25,317 bases of DNA, from contig NW_021836439.1 of the NCBI RefSeq assembly GCF_006345805.1, positions 1 to 25,317 on the forward strand, in the 5' to 3' direction. Position 1 is the stretch's first letter; the number at the start of each line of letters is the position of its first letter. This document shows positions 10,634 to 20,851 of the stretch, piece by piece. The notes below the pieces were generated by a model. The model searched no databases and was not told where the DNA came from. It saw only the letters and a list, made by a program, of their open reading frames with translations. Position numbers and translations under genes: made by a program. Source of the stretch: Octopus sinensis (taxonomy: Eukaryota).

Positions 10634-11289
10634 TATTATAATAAATCTTTGCAATATTTCTCAAGCGAACAACGAGGAACTTAGCTGTCTGGGATTGTTG
10701 TCCGTGAGAAACCAGAACATTTTGAAAACCTGAAAATAATGACAGACCAATCTACAGAAAAAAAAACAACTTCTAATGAGAGAGCAAGAAAAAAGCTTGT
10801 GCCGTTCCTTTCCTTTCCCATTTAACAGCAGTTTCCATTCATCAAATAAATTATTGCGGCATTTTATCTTAACAACAGTCACATATATTTAACTCTAAAT
10901 TATCAATGATATTCCGACTTTACAAACCGAAAAATCAACGAGACGTTAAATACCGCCTATATCTTCATATATTCCAAACAAAATGTTGAGATAAAAAGTG
11001 AATGAAGTGAATGTATAAGGAACTGCTTGAGATAAATTATTGGTTTCGTTGAAAGCAAAGAAGTGCTATACGGTAATTAACAGGCGTATAAAACAAGATA
11101 GAAGGGATTGAATAAAGGGTGAGTAGCAAGCTAACAAATGCTAACTGTGATAGACATGAAACAGGACTCCGTCAAAACGTTCACCAATTTGATAAGAACG
11201 ATCATACGAGGCTCTGTCTGTGTGGCTCTATTGGATAATGTAACTCGCAAATGACTACTAATATACTGAAAAAAAGTCAATAATAATAA

Positions 11290-11878
11290 TGACTGTAAAT
11301 TTTGGGGCAAGGCCAGCAATTTCGGGGGTGGGGTGGGGGGTGGGGCTAAGTCGACTCCAGTGCTCAGTTGGTACTTGTTTTATCAGCCCCGAAAGGATGA
11401 AAGGCAAAGTAGACCTCGGCAGAATACGAATTCAGAACGTAAAGACGGACGAAATACCTATTTCTTTATTACCCATAAGGGGATAAACATAGAGAGGACA
11501 AACAAGGACAGACATAGGCATTAAGTCGATTACATCGACCCCAGTGCGTAACTGGCACTTATTCAATCGACCCCGAATGGATGAAAGGCAAAGTAGACCT
11601 CGGTGGAATACGAATTCAGAACGTAAAGACGGACGAAATACCTATTTCTTTACTACCCATAAGGGGCTAAACACAGAGAGGACAAACAAGGACAGACATA
11701 GGCATTAAGTCGATTACATCGACACCAGTGCGCAACTGGTACTTATTTAATCGACCCCGAAAGGATGAAAGGCAAAGTCGACCTCGGCGGAATTTGAACT
11801 CAGAACGTAACGGTAGACGAAATACCGCTAAGCGTTTCGCCCGGCTTACTAGCGACTCTGTCAGCTTGCCGTCTTAGA
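11290..11878 (-). mobile_element. Trimeric tRNA-derived SINE type 2: head, body, then two 184-bp units (64-nt LINE-like tail plus headless body), then the usual 3' end
   Basis: The body AAGTCGATTACATCGACCCCAGTG..ATCGACCCCGAAAGGATGAAAGGCAAAGTCGACCTCGGCGGAATTTGAACTC occurs three times; tail modules at 11459-11522 and 11643-11706; minus-strand A-box (TGACAGAGTCG) and B-box (GAGTTCAAATTCC) near 11790-11870. The central region resembles the Deu/Nin conserved SINE domain (from memory). Confidence 0.9.
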
Positions 11879-11889
11879 CTAATAATAAT

Positions 11890-12340
11890 AATGGTTTCAA
11901 ATATTGTTTTCTATTCTAGGCACAAGGCCCGAAATTTTTGGGGCGGTGGTCCAGTCGATTAGATTGACCCCAGTACACAACTGGTTCTTAATTTATCGAC
12001 CCCGAAAGGATGAAAGGCAAAGTCGACCACGGCGGAATTTGAATCCAGAACGTAAGGACAGACGAAATACCTATTTCTTTATTACCCACAAGGGGCTAAA
12101 CATAGAAGGGACAAACAAGGACAGACATAGGTATTAAGTCGATTACATCGACCCCAGTGCGTAACTGGTACTTAATTTATCGACCCCGAAAGGATGAAAG
12201 GTAAAGTCGACCTCGGCGGAATTTGAACTCACAACGTAACGGCAGACGAAATACCGCTTTGAACTCACAACGTAACGGCAGACGAAATACCGCTAGGCAT
12301 TTCGCCCGGCGTGCTAACGCTTCTGCCAGCTCACCGCCTT
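11890..12340 (-). mobile_element. Dimeric SINE type 2 with one tail module (12072-12135) and a 36-bp internal tandem duplication
   Basis: Minus-strand head AAGGCGGTGAGCTGGCAGAAGCGTTAGC; 12222-12257 is identical to 12258-12293; (ATT)n tail at ~11880-11892. Confidence 0.9.
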
Positions 12341-12342
12341 GA

Positions 12343-12538
12343 TGGTTTCAAATATTAGCACAAGGCCAGCAATTTCTGAAGAGGGGATTAGTCAATTACA
12401 TCTACCTCAGTGTTCAAGTGATGCTTAGTTTATCGACCGCGAAAGGATGAAAAGCAAAGTCGACCGACCTGTGCATAATTTGAACACAGAGCATCAAGTC
12501 AGGCGAATTGCCGCAAAGCACTTTGCCCGGCGTAGCAT
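12343..12538 (-). mobile_element. Older monomeric SINE type 2
   Basis: GCACAAGGCCAGCAATTT..TTATCGACCGCGAAAGGATGAAAAGCAAAGTCGACC..TTTGCCCGGCG. Confidence 0.8.
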
Positions 12539-12541
12539 GAA

Positions 12542-13304
12542 ATGAAGTGTTTCGCTCAAGAGCACAATGCTCTGCCTGGTTCAGGAATCGAAACTGTGAC
12601 CTTGCAATCGTAAGTGCAACACTCCTAACCATATATATGTATGTGTGTATGTATATGTCTGTGTGTCTGTGTTTGTCCCTCCAACATCGCTTGACAACCG
12701 ATGCTGGTGTGTTTACGTCCCCGTAACTTAGCGGTTCGGCAAAAGAGACCAATAGAATAAGTAGTAGGCTTCCAAAGAATAACTCTTGTGGTCGATTTGT
12801 TCGACTAAATCGGTGTTCCAGCATGGCCACAGTCACATGACTGAAACAAGTAAAACAGTAACGAGTAAAAGAGTATCTTATTTTATTTTGTTTTGTTTCA
12901 TTTTAATTTAATTTATAATAGGCACAGTTTTGGCTACGTGGTTTTGGGTTCAGTTCTACAGCGCGGCACTTTGGATGAATGTCTTCAACTATAGCCCCGG
13001 GCTATCTCACCCTGGGCAACAGGTGGATTAACTGAAATGCCTACTAGTAAGTAAAAATTACATATATCGATAATCATTTTATTATGACAAATACTATTAC
13101 ATAGTACTATAAACATAATTATTAATAATACTAATTATAATTATTATTACTATCATAACTTAGCGGTTCGGCAAAAGAGACCGATAGAATAAGTACTAGG
13201 CTTTCAAAGAATAAGTCCTGGGGTCGATTTGCTCGACTAAAGGCGGTGCTCCAGCTTGGCTGCAGTCAAATGACTGAAACAAGTAAAAGAGTATTACGCC
13301 ATGC
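12542..13304 (-). mobile_element. tRNA-like SINE type 3 head split by a 662-bp insert (12632-13293) made of SINE type 1 pieces (12632-12875, ~12921-13000, 13155-13293)
   Basis: 12542-12631 joined to 13294 onward reproduces the uninterrupted copy at 19262-19470; minus-strand A-box TGGCGTAATGG and B-box GTTTCGATTCC. Confidence 0.8.
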
Positions 13305-13560
13305 GACTTTATGTTCTCCCTATTCGTAGAAATGAATTTTGTTTCCGCTTCAACGCAAAAACAATCGCCTGGTACAAAAGTTTTGTTTGTTTGTTAACCT
13401 ACTTATAAGAGATATCAAACAGCTTTACATAATATCTGTCATAATATTTTAAATCTATTGTTTCAATCGTTTTGTCTCAAAATATCTGACGTTGATTGTT
13501 GTCAGAACGGCGATGCTAAAAATGGAAAATTTAACAGATTAGATTTTGGTTGGAATTAGG

Positions 13561-13598
<38 letters not shown>

Positions 13599-14040
13599 TC
13601 TATTGTTTTACCTATCTGTGTTTATTGATCCGAAGATGAAATAGCTGGTAGAGTGCACATTGCTTGGGGAAAATCAAACTATGACACACTTCAGATTGTT
13701 CGGTGTTGAAAAATTTGATCAACGGAGTGTGAAGATGTTTTTTTATGTTATCACACACAGTTGAAAGCATATAAATATTATTTGTATTATAAGTAGGAAA
13801 GATATACGACAAGAATGTGCGAAGTTGAAATACATTCATACGTATTATCGAGTTGAAGTGAACATCATTCATTTCAAATTAAATCTCGTCTTATCCATCG
13901 CCACAAATATTGCTTTTTATTACAAACTTCCTATGAGTTAGCGCCATGTTAATGCTTTTGTCTTTATTTTTTTTTACAGTTGTTTAATGTACTTTATTTT
14001 GGGGCTAAAATGACGTCACGTCTCAAACCACCATCGAGAT

Positions 14041-17000
14041 TGAGAGATTTGCCACTTACCGTAGTTTAACCCGAGGTGAGTTTTGTTCGAGTAGGTCTGT
14101 GATCAAAACCATTCTTCCCTTAACTATCTTCCCCGCTTTTTTTTTTCTTTTTCAGTTTTATCACGGTCTGATTACATGATGAAATGATTTTTTTTTTAAG
14201 ACAGAAGGGTGTGGTTGAAGAAGATTCGCCATTTACTGTAGTTTTAACCCAGGTGAGTTTTGTTCGAGTGGTCTGTGATCAAAACCATTCTTCCCTTAAC
14301 TATCTTCCTGCTTTTTTTTTTCTTTTTCAGTTTTATCACGTATGATTCCATGATTAAATGATTTTTTTTTTTTAAGAAGGGTGTTTTTGAAGAAGATTCG
14401 CCATTTACTGTAGTTTAACCCTTAGTGTTATGGTGCGTCAGGTAGGTGTCGGTGTTTTTGAGGAGTACCCTGCTTTTTTTTTTCTTTTTCCGTTTTATCA
14501 CGGGGATTACATGATGAATGATTTTTTTTTTCAAAAGGTGAGGTGATAGTTGGCCATTATGTAGTTTAACCCAGGTGGTTTTCCAGGTGTGGTTCTTGAA
14601 CCATTTTGATTCTTTTTTGTTTTTTTTCAGTTGAGTAGGTCTTTGTGATCTGGTGATTTTTATTTTAAGGCGGTTTGGTTGTAGAAGAGCCCCTTAAGGT
14701 AGGTGAGTTTGTGGTGATCTTTTTCGGGTTCACCTTCGGTGGTTGAACGCTCCTGGTTGGTGATTTGCTTGGTTTGTTTTTGTACATGATGATTGTTTTT
14801 TTTGATTAGAGTCTTTTGTGAGGAAGATTCCCATTGAGTGGTTTACTCTGGTGTTTTGAAGGTGGGTTTGAGTCAGTGAGGTTTTTGGTTGTGATTTTTC
14901 CCGGCTTTTTTTTTTGGTTGAGTTTATGGTTTGTTACATGGATGATTTTTTTTTATTGCGAAGGTGGTGTTAATGATTCTTTCTCTGTTACGAGCCCCTT
15001 GTTGTTTTGTTCGAGTAGGTTCTGTGATTTAAAACCATTCTTCCCTTAACTATCTTCCCTGCTTTTTTTTTTCTTTTTCAGTTTTATCACGGTCTGTTTT
15101 TTTTTTTTTTCACATCTTTCTTCTGATTACATGAGATTGAAATGATTTTTTTTTTAAGACAGAAGGGTGTGGTTGAAGAAGATTCGCCATTTACTGTAGT
15201 TTAACCCTAGTGAGTTTTGTTCGAGTAGGTCTGTGATCAAAACCATTCTTCCCTTAACTATCTTCCTGCTTTTTTTTTTCTTTTTCAGTTTTATCACGGT
15301 CTGATTACATGATGAAATGATTTTTTAAGACAGAAGGGTGTGGTTGAAGAAGATTCGCCATTTACTGTAGTTTAACCCTAGGTGAGTTTTGTTCGAGTAG
15401 GTCTGTGATCAAAAACCATATTTCCCTTAACTATCTTCCCCGCTTTTTTTTTTCTTTTTCAGTTTTATCACGGTCTGATTACATGATGAAATGATTTTTT
15501 TTGTTAAAGACAGAAGGGTGTGGTTGAAGAAGATTCGCCATTTACTGTAGTTTAACCCTAGGTGAGTTTTGTTCGAGTAGGTCTGTGATCAAAACCATTC
15601 TTCCCTAACTATCTTCCTGCTTTTTTTTTTCTTTTCAGTTTTATCACGGTCTGATTACATGATGAAATGATTTTTTTTTTAAGACAGAAGGGTGTTGGTT
15701 GAAGAAGATTCGCCATTTACTGTAGTTTAACCCTAGGTGAGTTTTGTCGAGTAGGTCTGTGATCAAAACCATTCTTCCCTTAACTATCTTCCCTGCTTTT
15801 TTTTTTCTTTTTTTTTTTTTTTTTTCTGTTTTTTTTTTTTTTTTTGGCCATTTTTTTTTAGTTTAACCCTAGGTGATTTTTTTTTTTTTTTTTTCTCCCA
15901 TTTTTTTTTTTTTTTTTGCTTTTTTTTTTCTTTTTCAGTTTTATCACGGTCTCGATTACATGATGAAATGATTTTTTTTTTAAGACAGAAGGGTGGTGTG
16001 GTTTGAAGAAGATTCGCCATTTACTGTAGTTAACCTTGATGAGTTTTGTTTTAGAGTTAGTTTGCTGGTCTAGGTCTGTGATCAAAACCATTCTTCCCTT
16101 AACTATCTTCCCTGCTTTTTTTTTTCTTTTTCAGTTTTATCACGGTCTGATTACATGATGAAATGATTTTTTTTTTAAGACAGAAGGGTTGTGGTGAAGA
16201 AGATTCGCCATTTACTGTAGTTTAACCCTAGGTGAGTTTTGTTCGAGTAGGTCTGTGATCAAAACCATTCTTCCCTTAACTATCTTCCCTGCTTTTTTTT
16301 TTCTTTTTCAGTTTTATCACGGGTCTGATTACATGATGAAATGATTTTTTTTTTAGACAGAAGGGTGTGGTGAAGAAGATTCGCCATTACTGTAGTTTTA
16401 ACCCTAGGTGAGTTTTGTTCGAGTAGGTAATGTGATCAAAAACCATTTTCCCCTTAACTATCTTCCGCTTTTTTTTTTTTTTTCTTTTTCAGTTTTATCA
16501 CGGTCTGATTACATGATGAAATGATTTTTTTTTTTTAAGACAGAAGGGTGTGGTTGAAGAAGATCGCCATTTACTGTATTGTTTTAAACCCTAGGTGAGT
16601 TTTGTTCGAGTAGGTCTGTGATCAAAACCCATCTTCCCTTAACTATCTTCCCTGCTTTTTTTTTTCTTTTTCAAGTTTATCACGGTCTGATTACATGATG
16701 AAATATTTTTTTTTTTTAAGACAGAAGGGTGGTTGTTGAGAGATTCGCCATTTACTGTAGTTTAACCCTGTGATTTTGTTCGAGTAGGTCTGTGATCAAA
16801 ACCATTCTTCCCTTAACTATCTTCCCTGCTTTTTTTTTTCTTTTTCATCAGTTTTATCACGGTCTGATTACATGATGAATGATTTTTTTTTTTAAGACAG
16901 AAGGGTGTGGTTGAAGAAGATTCGCCATTTACTGTAGTTTAACCCTAGGTGAGTTTTGTTCGAGTAGGTCTGTGATCAAAACCATTCTTCCCTTAACTAT

Positions 17001-19249
17001 CTTCCCTGCTTTTTTTTTTCTTTTTCAGTTTTATCACGGTCTGATTACATGATGAAATGATTTTTTTTTTAAGACAGAAGGGTGTGGTTGAAGAAGATTC
17101 GCCATTTACTGTAGTTTAACCCTAGGTGAGTTTTGTTCGAGTAGGTCTGTGATCAAAACCATTCTTCCCTTAACTATCTTCCCTGCTTTTTTTTTTTCTT
17201 TTTCAGTTTTATCACGGTCTGATTACATGATGAAATGATTTTTTTTTTAAGACAGAAGGGTGTGGTTGAAGAAGATTCGCCATTTACTGTAGTTTAACCC
17301 TAGATGAGTTTTGTTCGAGTAGGTCTGTGATCAAAACCATTCTTCCCTTGACTATCTTCCCCGCTTTTTTTTTTCTTTTCAGTTTTATCACGGTCTGATT
17401 ACATGATGAAATGATTTTTTTTTAAGACAGAAGGGTGTGGTTGAAGAAGATTCGCCATTTACTGTAGTTTAACCCTAGATGAGTTTTTGTCGAGTAGGTC
17501 TGTGATCAAAACCATTCTTCCCTAACTATCTTCCCTGCTTTTTTTTTTTTCTTTTCAGTTTTATCACGGTCTGATACATGATGAAATGATTTTTTTTTAA
17601 GACACAGAAGGGTGGGTTGAAGAGATTCGCCATTTACTGTAGTTTAACCCTAGATGAGTTTTGTTCGAGTAGGTCTGTGATCAAAAAAACCATTCTTCCC
17701 TTAACTATCTTCCCTCTTCTTTTTTTTTTTCTTTTTCATTTTATACATCACGGTCTGATTACATGATGAAATGATTTTTTTTTTAAGACAGAAGGGTGTG
17801 GTTGAAGAAGATTCGCCATTTCTGTAGTTTAATACCCTAGATGAGTTTTGTTCGAGTAGGTCGTGATCAAAACCATTCTTTTCTTCCTTAACTATCTTCC
17901 CTGCTTTTTTTTTTTCTTTTCTTTTTATAATTTTATCACGGTCTGATTACTGATGAAATGATTTTTTTGTTAAGACAGAAGGGGTGTGGTTGAAGAAGAT
18001 TCGCCATTCTACTGTTTAACCCTAGGTGAGTTTTGTTCGAGTAGGTCTGTGATCAAAACCATTCTTCCCTTGACTATCTTCCCCGCTTTTTTTTTTTCTT
18101 TTTCAGTTTTATCACGGTCTGATTACATGATGAAATGATTTTTTTTTTAAGACAGAAGGGTGTGGTTGAAGAAGATTCGCCATTTACTGTAGTTTAACCC
18201 TAGATGAGTTTTGTTCGAGTAGGTCTGTGATCAAAACCATTCTTCCCTTAACTATCTTCCCCGCTTTTTTTTTTTCTTTTTCAGTTTTATCACGGTCTGA
18301 TTACATGATGAAATGATTTTTTTTTTAAGACAGAAGGGTTGGTTGAAGAAGATTCGCCATTTACTGTAGGTTATAACCCTAGGTGAGTTTTGTTCGAGTA
18401 GGTCTGTTATCAAAACCATTCTTCCCTTAACTATCTTCCCCGCTTTTTTTTTTTTTTTTTCCTTTTTCAGTATCACGGTCTGATTACATGATGAATGATT
18501 TTTTTTTTAAGACAGAAGGGTGGTTGAAGAAGATATTTACGCCATTTACTGTAGTTTGAACTAAAATGACAAACCCTAGATGTTTTTGTTCGAGTAGGTC
18601 TGTGATTACAAAACCATTTTTTTCTTATCTTCCCTTGACTATCTTCCCCCCTTTTATTCCTTGAGTAGTTTCCCTTATCTTCCATTTTTCAACCCCGATC
18701 TTCCCCGCTTTTGTGTTTTTTTTTCTTTTTCAGTTTTAATCACGGTCTGATTACATAGGAAATGATTTTTTTGTTTGTTAAAGACAGAAGGGTGTGGTTG
18801 AAAGAGATTCGCCATTTACTGTTGTTTACCACAAAAAGTTGTGTAAATAAAAAAAAAATAACCTTAAAAATCTTTACCCTATAGATGAAATGTTTTGTTT
18901 TAAGTAGGTCTGTGATCAAACCATTCTTGATTCTTCCTTAATAGTCTTGTCCTAATCTTTATCTTCCTGCTTTTTTTTTTTTATTTTTCTTTTTCAGTTT
19001 TATCACGGTCTGATTACATGATGAAATGATTTTTTTTTTAAGACAGAAGGGTGTGGTTGAAGAAGATTCGCCATTTACTGTAGTTTAACCCTAGGTGAGT
19101 TTTGTTCGAGTAGGTCTGTGATCAAAACCATTCTTCCCTTAACTATCTTCCCCGCTTTTTTTTTTCTTTTTCAGTTTTATCACGGTCTGATTACATGATG
19201 AAATGATTCTTTTTTTTAAGACAGAAAGGTGTGGCTTGAAGAAGATTCG
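14041..19249 (+). repeat. Tandem array of ~30 monomers of ~177 bp (satellite-like), each containing splice-donor, branch-point and acceptor consensus
   Basis: TTCGCC recurs at 16921, 17098 and 17276 (period 177-178). Consensus: GTGAGTTTTGTTCGAGTAGGTCTGTGATCAAAACCATTCTTCCCTTAACTATCTTCCCTGC(T)nC(T)5CAG|TTTTATCACGGTCTGATTACATGATGAAATGA(T)nAAGACAGAAGGGTGTGGTTGAAGAAGATTCGCCATTTACTGTAGTTTAACCCTAG. Monomers are degraded at ~14400-15000 and ~18500-19000. Confidence 0.97.
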
Positions 19250-19261
19250 GTTGCTATTTCT

Positions 19262-19470
19262 ATGAAGTGTTTCGCTCAAAAACACAATACTCTGCCCGGT
19301 TCAGGAATCGAAACTGTGACCTTGCGATCGTAAGTGCAACACTCCTAACCATTACGCCATGCGACTTTACGTTCTCCCTATACGTAGAAATGAATTTTGT
19401 TTCTGCGTCAACACAAAAACAATCGCCTGATACAAAAGTTTTGTTCGTTTGTTAACCCACTTTTAAGAGA
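19262..19470 (-). repeat. 209-bp duplicate (SINE type 3 head plus unique flank) of 12542-12631 + 13294-13412
   Basis: Manual alignment: 14 substitutions in 209 bp (~93% identity), no gaps once the insert is removed. Confidence 0.92.
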
Positions 19471-19641
19471 GGCCACCCTCATCGAATGGATGGAAGCAAA
19501 ACTTTCGTGTTTTTATTGCTCTAGAAGTCCAATGCTGCAGTTAAGGAACGGCGACAAACCGTGTTGAGTTGATAATTAAAATTTCTGGCGAATCTTGGTG
19601 TCGAGGACTGCATCTTGGGAAAGTTTGATGAAATAAATATA

Positions 19642-19774
19642 GGCGCAGGAGTGGCTGTGTGGTAAGTAGCTTGCTAACCAACCACGTGGTTCCGGGTTCA
19701 GTTCCACTGCGTGGGACCAATGCCTTGTGAGTGGATTTGGTAGACGGAAACTGAAAGAAGCCTGTCGTATATAT

Positions 19775-19811
<37 letters not shown>

Positions 19812-20024
19812 TTGTGTGTCTGTGTTTGTCCCACTAGCATTGCTTGACAACCGATGCTGGTGTGTTTACGTCCCCGTCACTTAGCGGTTCGGCAAAAGAG
19901 ACCGATAGAATAAGTACTGGGCTTACAAAGAATAAGTCCCGGGGTCGATTTGCTCGACTAAAGGCGGTGCTCCAGCATGGCCGCAGTCAAATGACTGAAA
20001 CAAGTAAAAGAGTAAAAGAGAGTA
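19642..20024 (+). mobile_element. Near full-length tRNA-derived SINE type 1 with an internal (TA)/(TG) tract
   Basis: A-box TGGCTGTGTGG (19652-19662), B-box GGTTCAGTTCC (19695-19705), 3' (AGTAAAAG)n tail; appears to lack a short middle segment (CACTT..TGTCTTC..ACTATAG) present in the copies at ~8670 and ~12965. Confidence 0.9.
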
Positions 20025-20127
20025 ACTTATATATCAGTTGGAATGTGATTCCACATCGAAAAAGCTGCAACATTGGAACCATGACACTTCAGTCTAGCGA
20101 AGTCCCACCCAACCAAACTGATACTGG

Positions 20128-20335
20128 TTCCAAATTTTGATACAAGGCCAGCAATTTCGGGATAAGTCGATTACATCGAACCCAGTGTTCAACTGGTACT
20201 TATTTTATCGACACCGAAAGTATGAAAAGCAAAGTCGACCTCATCGGAATTTGAACTCAGAACATGAAGACCGGCGAAATACTTATTTCCTTACTACACA
20301 CAGGGGGCTAAACACAGAGTGGACAAACAACGACA
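20128..20335 (-). mobile_element. 5'-truncated dimeric SINE type 2 beginning inside the LINE-like tail module
   Basis: Body, then GAAATACT|TATTTCCTTACTACACACAGGGGGCTAAACACAGAGTGGACAAAC (20284-20335); no head. Confidence 0.85.
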
Positions 20336-20611
20336 TTGAAATTATTGAAAGTTTTGCAATTTTGTATTTCCTTAATATACATATTTATATGTATATATGC
20401 TGACTGGTGAACCAGTCTTTTGGGGTCGCATTGAGCCTCATTAAATGTTTATAAGTTTCATCCAAGGATTATTGTTACTATTACACACACACACATACAC
20501 ACATACGCATACATACATATGACTATATAAATATATGTATGACTATATATATATATATATATATATATTTTTTTTCTCTCCTTCTTTCTGTGTGTTTTTT
20601 TTCTCTCTGTG

Positions 20612-20652
20612 TATCTTTCTGTTGAAGAGCGTAGGCTCGAAACGTTAAAGAC
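20612..20652 (+). ncRNA. Minimal type I hammerhead-ribozyme-like motif (variant core), probably in a Penelope-like element remnant spanning ~20570-20750
   Basis: TCTTT-CTGTTGA-A-GAGC(GTAG)GCTC-GAAACGTT-AAAGA: helix I, core, helix II, palindromic ACGT helix III. The core is CUGUUGA rather than CUGANGA. Confidence 0.45.
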
Positions 20653-20747
20653 TTGTTTTATTTATATTTCCTGAGCGCCATACTAATACAATTGTTCGTT
20701 TGTTTTCCACCTGCTTCGTCTTTTGTCTATTTTCATAAAGCTTCCCG

Positions 20748-20748
<1 letters not shown>

Positions 20749-20787
<39 letters not shown>

Positions 20788-20792
20788 ATATG

Positions 20793-20848
<56 letters not shown>
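20749..20848. repeat. (TA)n microsatellite
   Basis: Directly visible. Confidence 0.97.

Positions 20849-20851
<3 letters not shown>

Noticed and set aside
9796-13520. Shared short words AACGGCGATGCTAA (~9798, ~13506) and GGGCTAAAATG.CGT (~9458, ~14002)
   Set aside because: Homology does not extend beyond 14-15 nt, too short to call a duplication or motif.
13612-13662. Possible 51-nt minus-strand exon (NVHSTSYFIFGSINTD) with AG/GT ends
   Set aside because: It is isolated, has no recognisable homology and no partner exons; such matches are expected by chance.
14011-14018. Perfect CRE (TGACGTCA) just upstream of the array
   Set aside because: A single 8-mer with no promoter context cannot be distinguished from chance.
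14240-14260. Resemblance of GTTTTAACCCAG|GT to nematode SL2 leader (SL RNA gene array)
   Set aside because: The match is short and limited to one variant monomer; there is no canonical Sm site; SL genes lack 3' acceptors.
17038-17060. Box C (ATGATGA) and box D (CTGA) in each monomer as a snoRNA cluster
   Set aside because: D precedes C within a unit; the C-to-next-D span is ~170 nt with no terminal stem or recognisable rRNA guide.
15784-18685. Minus-strand Lys-rich ORFs and a per-monomer MANLLQPHPSVLKKKSFHHVIRP micro-ORF
   Set aside because: They depend on homopolymer length and result from A-tracts; there is no coding evidence.
14041-19249. Satellite as a CRISPR array
   Set aside because: The whole unit repeats with no unique spacers, there are no cas genes, and the context is eukaryotic.
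19642-19720. SINE heads as true tRNA genes
   Set aside because: A/B boxes are present, but there is no complete cloverleaf and they continue into SINE bodies.
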